Assembly: GCA_021201035.1 (NCBI GenBank)
Contig: JAJQFQ010000229.1
Location: 1 to 43,993, forward strand
Source of the DNA: Clostridiales bacterium
GTDB lineage: Bacteria; Bacillota; Clostridia; Lachnospirales; Lachnospiraceae
DNA length: 43,993 bases
Reading direction: 5' to 3'
Made by a program: the position numbers and the translations under genes. Of the stretch, positions 36,081 to 43,993 are shown in pieces. Every line of letters begins with the position of its first letter. The stretch's first letter is position 1. A model generated the notes under the pieces. That model had not been told where the DNA came from. It searched no databases and worked only from the letters and a program-made list of their open reading frames with translations.

Positions 36081-39000
36081 ATGAAAGGAAAACGTTGGAT
36101 GGCGTTACTGTTATCCGTAGCGATGACATTCGCTTGCGGAGGAACAGTGTCGGCGAAGCAGTATAATGGATCGGAAGAAAGCGAAATTTCAGTAACGGCT
36201 GCCGCAAATGGAAGGGCTGCGGATGAAACTGTTTGGGATGGAAGTGTTGATGTTGACTGGTCCGGACAGGGAACATCGGCATCGCCGTATTATATTACCA
36301 GTGCATCGGAATTGGCGGGTCTTGCCGAACAGGTAAACAGCGGGAATGATTATTCAGGAAAATGTTTTCAATTAACGACAGACATTGATTTGGGGGATTC
36401 GTCTTCTCAACAGTGGAAACCGATTGGTACGGAGGATGCTTATTTCTCGGGGAACTTTGATGGCTGTGGGTATGTAATCTCAGGTATATATATTGACAGT
36501 GACGAGAATTATATCGGCCTTTTTGGAAACACGCAGAACGCGACTATTACAAATGTTATCATAAAAGATTCGCATATATACGGCGGAGAATATGTGGGAG
36601 GAATTGTCGGGAAAATTGACACAAACGCCAATAGGAAATCTACATATGTGACAAATTGTATATCATCAGCGGAAATAAACGGAATAGAATGTGTGGGCGG
36701 TATCGTGGGCTTTATGATGTCAAGTATGGCAAATTCGAGCGCTTATGTGACAGATTGTATATCTTATGCGACAGTAAGCGGGACAAATTATGTTGGAGGT
36801 ATTGTCGGATACGGTTCGTCCTATTATCATAACACGGACGGCAAAAATGTCATTGAATATTGTGGTAACGAAGGAGCGATTTCCGGCGATTCCTGTATTG
36901 GCGGGATTATTGGAGAATCGTACGCAAATGGTGAGAACATAAAAGAAAATTTTTATATACAGCAATCCTATAATGCCGGAAAAATATCCGGAAATTATAA
37001 TGTTGGCGGTATACAGGGAGAAAGTTACATGTGTCACTATTCGTATAATTACATAGAGGATTGTTATAATACCGGCGCTGTTAGCGGTGTCGAAAATGTT
37101 GGCGGAATCACCGGTTATTCTTCGAATGTAATGGGAACAAAAGAGGCTATCTTATATACTGACAGATGTTATAATGCGGGAATCATAGATGGAACAGATT
37201 CAGTAGATGCAATTATGGGTTACTATCGTGTAACAAATGGCAGACATGGGGATAATGACCATTGCTGTGACTGCTATGCCTATAATAATGGTGTGTCCAA
37301 TACATATGCGACACTGCTCAGTTATGTGAATGTAACAAAACAGTCGTCTTATGGAGAATGGGATTTTGAGAATATCTGGGCGATGGATGCTTATCATAAT
37401 GGAGGATTACCATATTTGCAGTGGTCATCAGATATTGTTGGCAATAATGCGATTGTTGATATAGAAACAGAAAAAGGCTTTTATATATCCGGAGATGATT
37501 ATATTATCTGTGGAACCGATGTCAGTATAGGGAATGTGTCTTATTCTGTCATGAACAGTGATGCAGATTTGTTGGAAGAATTGTCGGAGATTCAATGGAA
37601 CAGCAGTGATGAATCAGTCGCTGAGATTCAATTTGATCCGACCAGCGGAATTTATTCAGAAGATATGTTGTCTGTATCAATGGCAACATTGACAATTATC
37701 TCTCTCAGTGCAGGTGTTACAACCATTTCAGGAATAGCTGCAGATGGCAGAACAGTTACGAAAGAAATATCCATAGAACCGGAAATGGAAATATCTGAGA
37801 TGGAAACCATTGAAGAAGGGTCAGAAATCGTTTGTTCTGTTGCGTTGGATGAAGCGGATGCAGATTATCTGAGCTGGTTTATAAGCAATATTTCAGTTGA
37901 GAAAAGCACGGAAGATGGAGGAAGTTTTAGCGACGAAACTGAATGCTCAGTTGCAGAAGACGGCTTATCCGCATCATATATACTTAAGGTTACTGATGTT
38001 CAGGCTGGTACTGTACAAATCACATTTACATCATATGGCGGTCAGAAAGTTTCAGAGGAAATTGAGATAGCGGAAGAGGAAAGCGCCGGTTTTCAGCTGG
38101 GTGTGGATAATAATAGTTTTGCTCATTCCGATGACTCAGCAGTGTATTCCAATGCCGGTTTTGTCGGGACAACAAATCATGTTTTAGATGAAATATTTTA
38201 TGAAAGACTGACGCAAAATGCATCTGATGGGGAAAAAAATAAAATTCAGATGGCAATGAGAGAATATAATGGCAGTTGTCATGGCATTGCGCTCACAATG
38301 GCTCTTCTGTATGAAGGATATATAGGAATGGATGATTTGAGCAGTGATTCTGTGGATTCTTATTATGAGATGTCATATCCGTACACTGATGAAAAATTAA
38401 TGAACAATATCAATTTTTACTATCTCACACAGTATTTGAACTGTGCGGATGCCGCAAAGGCATCGTATGTCCGGGATAACGGAATTTTTTCTGGATTGGC
38501 AAATCTGGTGTGGGGTTATGATGATACAGAAATTTTTCTTGAAAAACTGATCGCTGCGGCATCGGGCGATCATGTAGTGGTTTTGGGGTATGGAACGAAA
38601 GAAACATCACATACGATTCTGGTGACCGGATGTGAGTATTATGAAAACCTGGAAGAATACAGGCTTACAATATACGACGAAAATACGGTTCGGACATATA
38701 CGGATATGTATGCCGACAGTTATATTTCTTATCCTGTTGGGTATTATCTGACAATGTATGTGCCTGCTGATCTTTCGAGCTTTTGTTTTAAGGACGCAAA
38801 TCAAAAAACTATTACAAGCAGTAATATAGAGTATATTTACTTTATGGACTATGAATCTATGGGTAATTTGGTTTCCACCGCTGAGATTACTGCTTTTTCG
38901 GAAGATGATGCTTCTTCATATACAAAAATAACATTTCCGGTTGGCTCTGTTTTTTTGATTACAGATGATAATGGAAATTGTCTGGCATATGACGGCGATG

Positions 39001-40307
39001 AGATTTCCGGGAACATGGCAGTATATGGTGTAAATATGATTTCCGGAGAGACAACAGACGATGAGGATGGATGTTCTGAAATTGTCATTTTAACAGATAA
39101 CTGTAATTCATATGAAATTGAAGAGCTGGAGTCAGGGATTGATATTGAAATATATAATGACTCTGATTTTATGGCATTGGCCGGAAACGGTGTTGATGCG
39201 GCGATTCTTTCTTTTGATACAGGTATCGTCATAGAAGGAGAATCGGAATATACCTTTACGGCTTCAATTTCTGCGGAACTGGAGTCCTGCGAACTGGTCA
39301 GTGTTTCCGGCAGCACCATTGGAAAAGTTCAACAGACGGCGGATGAAGACGATGTTACACTGATTGCTGAAAATGTGTGTTCTGATGTAGTGGTGGAAAC
39401 CTATCTGGGTACAGATTATGATTCCGAGACAGTAGATGAAACTGTAACAGGAATTGAGATTACTGACAGTTCCTCCGGCAGTGCAGAGATTACAACGATT
39501 AAGATTGCCGACTCAACGGACGACAGCGATACTTCTGGAGATTCTGATAACAGCGGTTCAGACAGCAGTTCCGGAAATAATTCCGGTGAAAGAGGCACAT
39601 CCGATAGCACAAGCTCTGACAACACCGTATCATCCGGCGCAGATTCCCTCTGCGTGCGCCGCGGGAATGCGTATTACTTCAGCTATACGATTCATGCGGG
39701 GAATGCTGACAAGGTTATCTATTACGGCAGGACAGCGGACGAAGTGCTGGTCGGAGACTGGGATGGAGACGGTACAGATACTATTTGCGTACGCCGTGGG
39801 AACACTTATTATTTCAGCAACAGTCTGAAATCAGGGAACGCAGACCAGGTGATCGCTTATGGTAAAGCCACAGACGAAGTACTGGTCGGAGACTGGGACG
39901 GTGACGGAAAGGATACACTTGCCGTACGCCGCGGGAATACTTATTACATCAGCAACAGCATTAAGTCAGGGAATGCGGATAAAGTGGTAGCTTACGGTAA
40001 AACAACGGATACTGTCCTTGCCGGAGACTGGGACGGTGACGGAAAGGATACACTGACGGTAAGGCGCGGGAATGCATATTACGTCAGCAATACCATTAAA
40101 TCAGGGAATGCGGATCAGGTCGTGTACTATGGAAAGGCAACAGATGAAGTGCTGGTCGGAGACTGGGACGGCGATGGAAAAGATACGCTGGCGGTGCGCC
40201 GCGGGAATACGTATTATATCAAAAACAGCATTTCCGGCGGGGACGCGGATCAGGTGACTGCCTACGGCAGAGCGGATGACGAAGTGTATGTCGGATCGTG
40301 GAAGTGA
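36081..40307 (+). CDS. Secreted surface protein: GLUG repeats, Ig-like region, putative Cys-His-Asp domain, five C-terminal DxDGDG repeats
   Basis: Signal peptide; GTSASPYYIT...WKPIG...FDGCG...IGLFG...VGGIVG repeats; Ser-rich linker. Confidence 0.85.
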   Translation: MKGKRWMALLLSVAMTFACGGTVSAKQYNGSEESEISVTAAANGRAADETVWDGSVDVDWSGQGTSASPYYITSASELAGLAEQVNSGNDYSGKCFQLTTDIDLGDSSSQQWKPIGTEDAYFSGNFDGCGYVISGIYIDSDENYIGLFGNTQNATITNVIIKDSHIYGGEYVGGIVGKIDTNANRKSTYVTNCISSAEINGIECVGGIVGFMMSSMANSSAYVTDCISYATVSGTNYVGGIVGYGSSYYHNTDGKNVIEYCGNEGAISGDSCIGGIIGESYANGENIKENFYIQQSYNAGKISGNYNVGGIQGESYMCHYSYNYIEDCYNTGAVSGVENVGGITGYSSNVMGTKEAILYTDRCYNAGIIDGTDSVDAIMGYYRVTNGRHGDNDHCCDCYAYNNGVSNTYATLLSYVNVTKQSSYGEWDFENIWAMDAYHNGGLPYLQWSSDIVGNNAIVDIETEKGFYISGDDYIICGTDVSIGNVSYSVMNSDADLLEELSEIQWNSSDESVAEIQFDPTSGIYSEDMLSVSMATLTIISLSAGVTTISGIAADGRTVTKEISIEPEMEISEMETIEEGSEIVCSVALDEADADYLSWFISNISVEKSTEDGGSFSDETECSVAEDGLSASYILKVTDVQAGTVQITFTSYGGQKVSEEIEIAEEESAGFQLGVDNNSFAHSDDSAVYSNAGFVGTTNHVLDEIFYERLTQNASDGEKNKIQMAMREYNGSCHGIALTMALLYEGYIGMDDLSSDSVDSYYEMSYPYTDEKLMNNINFYYLTQYLNCADAAKASYVRDNGIFSGLANLVWGYDDTEIFLEKLIAAASGDHVVVLGYGTKETSHTILVTGCEYYENLEEYRLTIYDENTVRTYTDMYADSYISYPVGYYLTMYVPADLSSFCFKDANQKTITSSNIEYIYFMDYESMGNLVSTAEITAFSEDDASSYTKITFPVGSVFLITDDNGNCLAYDGDEISGNMAVYGVNMISGETTDDEDGCSEIVILTDNCNSYEIEELESGIDIEIYNDSDFMALAGNGVDAAILSFDTGIVIEGESEYTFTASISAELESCELVSVSGSTIGKVQQTADEDDVTLIAENVCSDVVVETYLGTDYDSETVDETVTGIEITDSSSGSAEITTIKIADSTDDSDTSGDSDNSGSDSSSGNNSGERGTSDSTSSDNTVSSGADSLCVRRGNAYYFSYTIHAGNADKVIYYGRTADEVLVGDWDGDGTDTICVRRGNTYYFSNSLKSGNADQVIAYGKATDEVLVGDWDGDGKDTLAVRRGNTYYISNSIKSGNADKVVAYGKTTDTVLAGDWDGDGKDTLTVRRGNAYYVSNTIKSGNADQVVYYGKATDEVLVGDWDGDGKDTLAVRRGNTYYIKNSISGGDADQVTAYGRADDEVYVGSWK
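39642..40304 (+). repeat. Five 45-aa (135-bp) FG-GAP/calcium-blade-like repeats
   Basis: Same unit as 35303-35830 with high nucleotide similarity; ends GSWK. Confidence 0.9.
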
Positions 40308-40464
40308 CAGACCTGGATTTAAATGACGGGGCGACACTTTGTTTTCTGAAAATCCCAAAACCAGGACAACCATTTTTGTATAGTCTTTTTAAATCGATCG
40401 TTCATATTAATCTAAAGTTCCTTAAATAACTGATTTAAAGAGACATTGACAGGAGGAATACAAA

Positions 40465-40575
40465 ATGGCATTATTGATTGCAGGAATACTTTTACTGTTA
40501 TTTATCTGGGTGTTTGGAGAAATTTCTGATCGGACAGATCAGAAGACAAAGCGGACGGGACACTTATGGGATTGA
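40465..40575 (+). CDS. 36-aa single-pass membrane peptide
   Basis: AGGAGG RBS 8 nt before ATG; MALLIAGILLLLFIWVFGEISDRTDQKTKRTGHLWD*; below the ORF-track length cutoff. Confidence 0.65.
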   Translation: MALLIAGILLLLFIWVFGEISDRTDQKTKRTGHLWD

Positions 40576-40625
40576 CAGAAACCGACAGGCAGATCTGTCT
40601 GTGAAATGGAAAACGAGTGAATGGT

Positions 40626-41615
40626 ATGGCGACGGCACAGACACAGAAAATGAAGCTTTTATATCTGATGCGGGTTTTGATGGAACACACGGATGAGAAT
40701 CATATGCTGACGGCAAATGAGCTCTGTGATATCCTGCAGATGGAGTATGACGTCCCCGCGGAGCGAAAAAGTATTTATAATGACATTGCCGCATTGCAGG
40801 AGTTTGGGCTGGACGTGATACAGCAGAAGGGCAGGACGCCGGGATATTATGTTGGTTCCCGTGTTTTTGAATTGCCAGAACTCAAGCTGTTGGTGGACGC
40901 GGTGCAGGCGTCGAAGTCCATCACAGAGAAAAAGACGGATGAGCTGATCCGGAAGCTGGAGCGCCTGGCCAGCCATGAAGAGGCCAGACAGCTGCAGCAG
41001 CAGGTATTTTTATATAAGCGGACGAAGACGGAGAATGAGACTGTTTATTACAATGTGGACTATATTCACACGGCGATCTATACGAATGTACAGATTCGTT
41101 TTCGTTACACTGCATGGACAAAGGACAAGGAACTGCGTCCGAAAAAGGATGGGGCATTTTATGTGGTAAGTCCCTGGGCTTTAACCTGGGATGATATGAA
41201 CTATTATATGATTGCCTATGACGCGCAGGCGGATCAGCTGAAGCATTACCGCGTGGACAAGATGCAGCAGATGGAGCTGCTGACAGAATCCCGTCTGGGA
41301 AAGGAACAGTTCGATCATTTTGATATTGTTGCTTTTGAAAAACGAACGTTCGGTATGTTCGGCGGCCGTCAGGAGAAGGTCACGCTGCTTTGCGAAGATT
41401 CTATCGCCGGCGTGATTCTGGACCGCTTCGGAAAGGACGTGATGATGATCCCGCAGGGGGAGCATGCGTTCCGCGTCAGCGTGGATATTGCTGTCAGCCC
41501 GCAGTTTTTCGGCTGGGTGGCAGGACTCGGCAGCGGCGTGCAGATTTTGCGGCCGGAAAACGTGAGGGAGGAGTTTCTTGCTTATCTGCAGAATATTTGC
41601 GGGAACTATCAGTAA
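40626..41615 (+). CDS. WYL-domain transcriptional regulator (HTH-WYL-WCX)
   Basis: KLLYLMRVLMEHTDENH...ERKSIYNDI HTH; VSPWALTWDDMNYYMIAY...HYRVDKM WYL domain; C-terminal FFGWV. Confidence 0.92.
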   Translation: MATAQTQKMKLLYLMRVLMEHTDENHMLTANELCDILQMEYDVPAERKSIYNDIAALQEFGLDVIQQKGRTPGYYVGSRVFELPELKLLVDAVQASKSITEKKTDELIRKLERLASHEEARQLQQQVFLYKRTKTENETVYYNVDYIHTAIYTNVQIRFRYTAWTKDKELRPKKDGAFYVVSPWALTWDDMNYYMIAYDAQADQLKHYRVDKMQQMELLTESRLGKEQFDHFDIVAFEKRTFGMFGGRQEKVTLLCEDSIAGVILDRFGKDVMMIPQGEHAFRVSVDIAVSPQFFGWVAGLGSGVQILRPENVREEFLAYLQNICGNYQ

Positions 41616-41696
41616 AGCGGAGAGAATTAAGGTGTTAAAGAGTTCCGAAATTTATGATTTCTGACCGTAAAAAGCTCCCTCAGAGAATTGTATATT

Positions 41697-43277
41697 TTAT
41701 TTGCTCAGGTAATCCCAGACCTTCAGCGACAGTTCATACAGAAACAGCAGCCTGCTGTCCGTGAGGCGGACGCCCAACAGTTCTTCCATTTTCTTGATCC
41801 GGTAAAAGAGCGTGCTGCGGTGGATGTGCAGATATTCCGCGGTCTGCGCGGCGTTTCGGTTATGATCCAGCCAGGCGCGGAGAGTCGTGATAAATTCCGT
41901 ATGGTATTCACGGTCATAGTCCTGCAACTGGAAAATGTGGTAGTGGATGCCGCTTTCCAGTTCCGCATAGCTGCATTTTGAGAACAGATATTCCGGGAGT
42001 GCTTCTGTACTGAAGAATAAATGATGATCCGGATCATTCATGTCGGAGAGCTCCAGTGTGTGCTGAGCCTGTTCGTAGAACATATTTGTCTTCAGAATAT
42101 CTGCGAACGGCTGGCTTAAGCTTACCTTCAGATGGTTGTGTATCGCGAATTGTTCCAGCGGACCGGTTAGCTCTGCGCGCAGCAATACCGGTTCGTCCTG
42201 ATTGATCAGGAGTACGATATTGTTCCGGTATACAACAGACATGCTGCCGGAAAAAGTTTTTCGCAGGGCGGCCATCTGCCGCCGGTTGAACAATTCACTG
42301 TTATGCGGCTCGGTACAGTACAGAATGGCAAGGCAGAAAAATTTTCCCAGATGATGCTTTAAAACCTGAAAGCGGGTTTCTACCATACTTAAATTATTAA
42401 ATCGTCCCTCGATCAGATCGCTGAAGAATGTTTCATACTGCAGGCCGGTCTGCCAGACAAAGAAATCATGCTTCTGCATTTCGACGGCACAGATGTCGGA
42501 GATGGCTGTCGTCAGCCGAAGCTCATGTTCAGTGGCCTGTTCCTGTCCTGGCAGACAGACGGCGACATAGCCGGACATTACGTGCTGTATGCGGATGGAG
42601 CAGAAGATCCAGCTGGTGTCGGGATGGTCTTCTGTCTGAATGAAAAATGCCTGTGTGTGCTGATAGATCTGATGCTCGATCTGAAGTCTGCGCAGGCTTT
42701 CCGCTTCCTGTATACTCAGAAAGTTCCCGGCTTCGTTGCGTTCCACACCGAAGGGAAGCTGCAGCATCAGAGGCGAGACGGCCAGCATACTGTAGCCGGC
42801 GTCCAGTACCGATATACCCCGCCCGAGCATAGCTTCGGCATGAAGGATGATGTCCTCCAACCCTTTGCCGGTGTGGAGCAGGCGGAAAAGTTCATTGACT
42901 TCGTATTGCAGCTGTTCTTCGAATCGCAGCCGGTCGGTGATTTTGTGAAACAATTGGTCGATGTTTGTCGGTTTCGGAACCAACAGCAGCGGAAATGAGG
43001 CGCCCGGATCCCGGTTTGTGAGAACCAGGCAGGGCTGTGCGGTATCCGGAATGTGCTGTGTGAGTGTTTCGTTTTGCAGCAGCTGATCCTTTGCGGTAAG
43101 ATACAGCGTGTCTGTGTCGGGTACGGTATCTTTTGTCAGAATTTCTGCCCGGCTGATCATGCGGTCAGGATGATAGAAACAGGTATTGTCCTGTCCGAAC
43201 GGATGGCTGGTATTGGTGGTGATTGTGATATTTTCAGATTCGGATATTTTATCTAATAAAGTCTGTAATTTAATCAT
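41697..43277 (-). CDS. PucR/CdaR-family transcriptional regulator
   Basis: C-terminal TLRAWLDHNRNAAQTAEYLHIHRSTLFYRIKKM HTH. Confidence 0.88.
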   Translation of the reverse strand: MIKLQTLLDKISESENITITTNTSHPFGQDNTCFYHPDRMISRAEILTKDTVPDTDTLYLTAKDQLLQNETLTQHIPDTAQPCLVLTNRDPGASFPLLLVPKPTNIDQLFHKITDRLRFEEQLQYEVNELFRLLHTGKGLEDIILHAEAMLGRGISVLDAGYSMLAVSPLMLQLPFGVERNEAGNFLSIQEAESLRRLQIEHQIYQHTQAFFIQTEDHPDTSWIFCSIRIQHVMSGYVAVCLPGQEQATEHELRLTTAISDICAVEMQKHDFFVWQTGLQYETFFSDLIEGRFNNLSMVETRFQVLKHHLGKFFCLAILYCTEPHNSELFNRRQMAALRKTFSGSMSVVYRNNIVLLINQDEPVLLRAELTGPLEQFAIHNHLKVSLSQPFADILKTNMFYEQAQHTLELSDMNDPDHHLFFSTEALPEYLFSKCSYAELESGIHYHIFQLQDYDREYHTEFITTLRAWLDHNRNAAQTAEYLHIHRSTLFYRIKKMEELLGVRLTDSRLLFLYELSLKVWDYLSK

Positions 43278-43382
43278 TTCTGTCGGCCTTTCCCGGTTGG
43301 CGATTATTTTATATCATATTTTTCATGACCATCTCTGCTTTTAAGCCTGGTATTATTTGTCACTTTCTCCTATTGAACAAAT

Positions 43383-43488
43383 GTTGAAAATAAAAAACCA
43401 TACACCCTGTATTTTCAACGTCTGTCGGAAGAAAATCCATATTTATTATGATATAATATGACCAGGAAGTCAACAAACGTTGAAAATA
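43383..43488. promoter_or_regulatory. Repeated GTTGAAAATA boxes in the divergent promoter region
   Basis: GTTGAAAATA at 43383-43392, its inverse TATTTTCAAC at 43410-43419, and a third copy at 43479-43488; TATAAT at 43453-43458. Confidence 0.55.
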
Positions 43489-43552
43489 ACACGGATATGG
43501 TTGACGAATCTGCTGCAAAAGATATGACGGTTTGCAAATGGAGGAGGTTTTT

Positions 43553-43993
43553 ATGGCGGTCATTACGATTGACGGCGTTCGCCTGGAGGTGGCGGACAAC
43601 GCAAATGTGCTGGAATGTGCCCTGAATGCGGGTATCTACATTCCGCACCTGTGCCATCATCCGGATCTTCCGGAGAATGGATCCTGCCGTATGTGTATTG
43701 TGGAGGTGGACGGTATCGAAGGCGTCACACCGTCCTGTACGCTGCGGGCAAAAGACGGTATGGTGGTTCATACAAAGACAGAGCGGGTGAACCGATTGAG
43801 AACGCTTGCATTGGAGCTTTTGCTGGCGGGACATCCGGAGGATTGTTCCACCTGTCCGAAATACGGTAACTGCGAGATGCAGACATTGATCCAGTACATA
43901 GGTGCAAATAACGCGCGCATGCGTGTCCGCAGCAAGGGCATCAAGATGAACGAGGAGAATCCTCTGCTGATTCATGACATGAACCGCTGTGTG
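43553..43993 (+). CDS. NuoG/FdhF/HydA-like Fe-S oxidoreductase subunit, N-terminal part (runs off the window)
   Basis: GGAGGAGG RBS; manual translation MAVITIDG...IPHLCHHP...GSCRMCIVE...PSC (2Fe-2S), HPEDCSTCPKYGNC (His/Cys 4Fe-4S), DMNRCV. Confidence 0.88.
   Translation, partial: MAVITIDGVRLEVADNANVLECALNAGIYIPHLCHHPDLPENGSCRMCIVEVDGIEGVTPSCTLRAKDGMVVHTKTERVNRLRTLALELLLAGHPEDCSTCPKYGNCEMQTLIQYIGANNARMRVRSKGIKMNEENPLLIHDMNRCV

Noticed and set aside
35303-40304. Regularly spaced repeats as a CRISPR array or a diversity-generating retroelement template/variable pair
   Set aside because: They are 135-bp in-frame coding repeats with mostly synonymous variation, no unique spacers and no obvious adenine-specific differences; there is no cas or reverse transcriptase gene in the window
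43415-43975. 186-aa minus-strand ORF and the many other antisense ORFs in the track
   Set aside because: They are shadows of well-supported genes on the opposite strand, here the Fe-S subunit starting at 43553

Overview
This looks like a 44 kb stretch of a Lachnospiraceae-like (Clostridia) chromosome; the taxon is inferred from gene content. (1) Positions 1-4503 appear to be the right end of a decayed integrative element. It carries a partial mgtA, two different type IV (AbiE-like) toxin-antitoxin pairs with intact antitoxins and broken toxins, a serine-recombinase remnant, and the displaced 3' end of rlmD/rumA marking the likely attachment site. (2) A core and sporulation region follows (MATE transporter, DUF4428-like protein, yaaL-like, bofA), with a ~200 bp multi-hairpin element between direct repeats upstream of yaaL. 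(3) A complete Flp/Tad pilus locus (11001-21061) has three homopolymer frameshifts and an inserted autonomous mini-gene. (4) Next come an ABC/FtsX transporter, thrH, a beta-helix-like lipoprotein, and an L,D-transpeptidase whose promoter and 5' end are tandemly duplicated (419 bp). (5) A surface locus contains an XRE regulator, a WaaL/O-antigen-ligase-like protein and two large secreted proteins sharing a leader peptide and a C-terminal 45-aa DxDGDG repeat module. (6) The window ends with an unannotated 36-aa membrane peptide, a WYL regulator, a PucR-type regulator and the start of an Fe-S oxidoreductase subunit. Family assignments come from motif recognition only; no database searches were run. 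Several frameshifts lie in homopolymers and may be sequencing errors.
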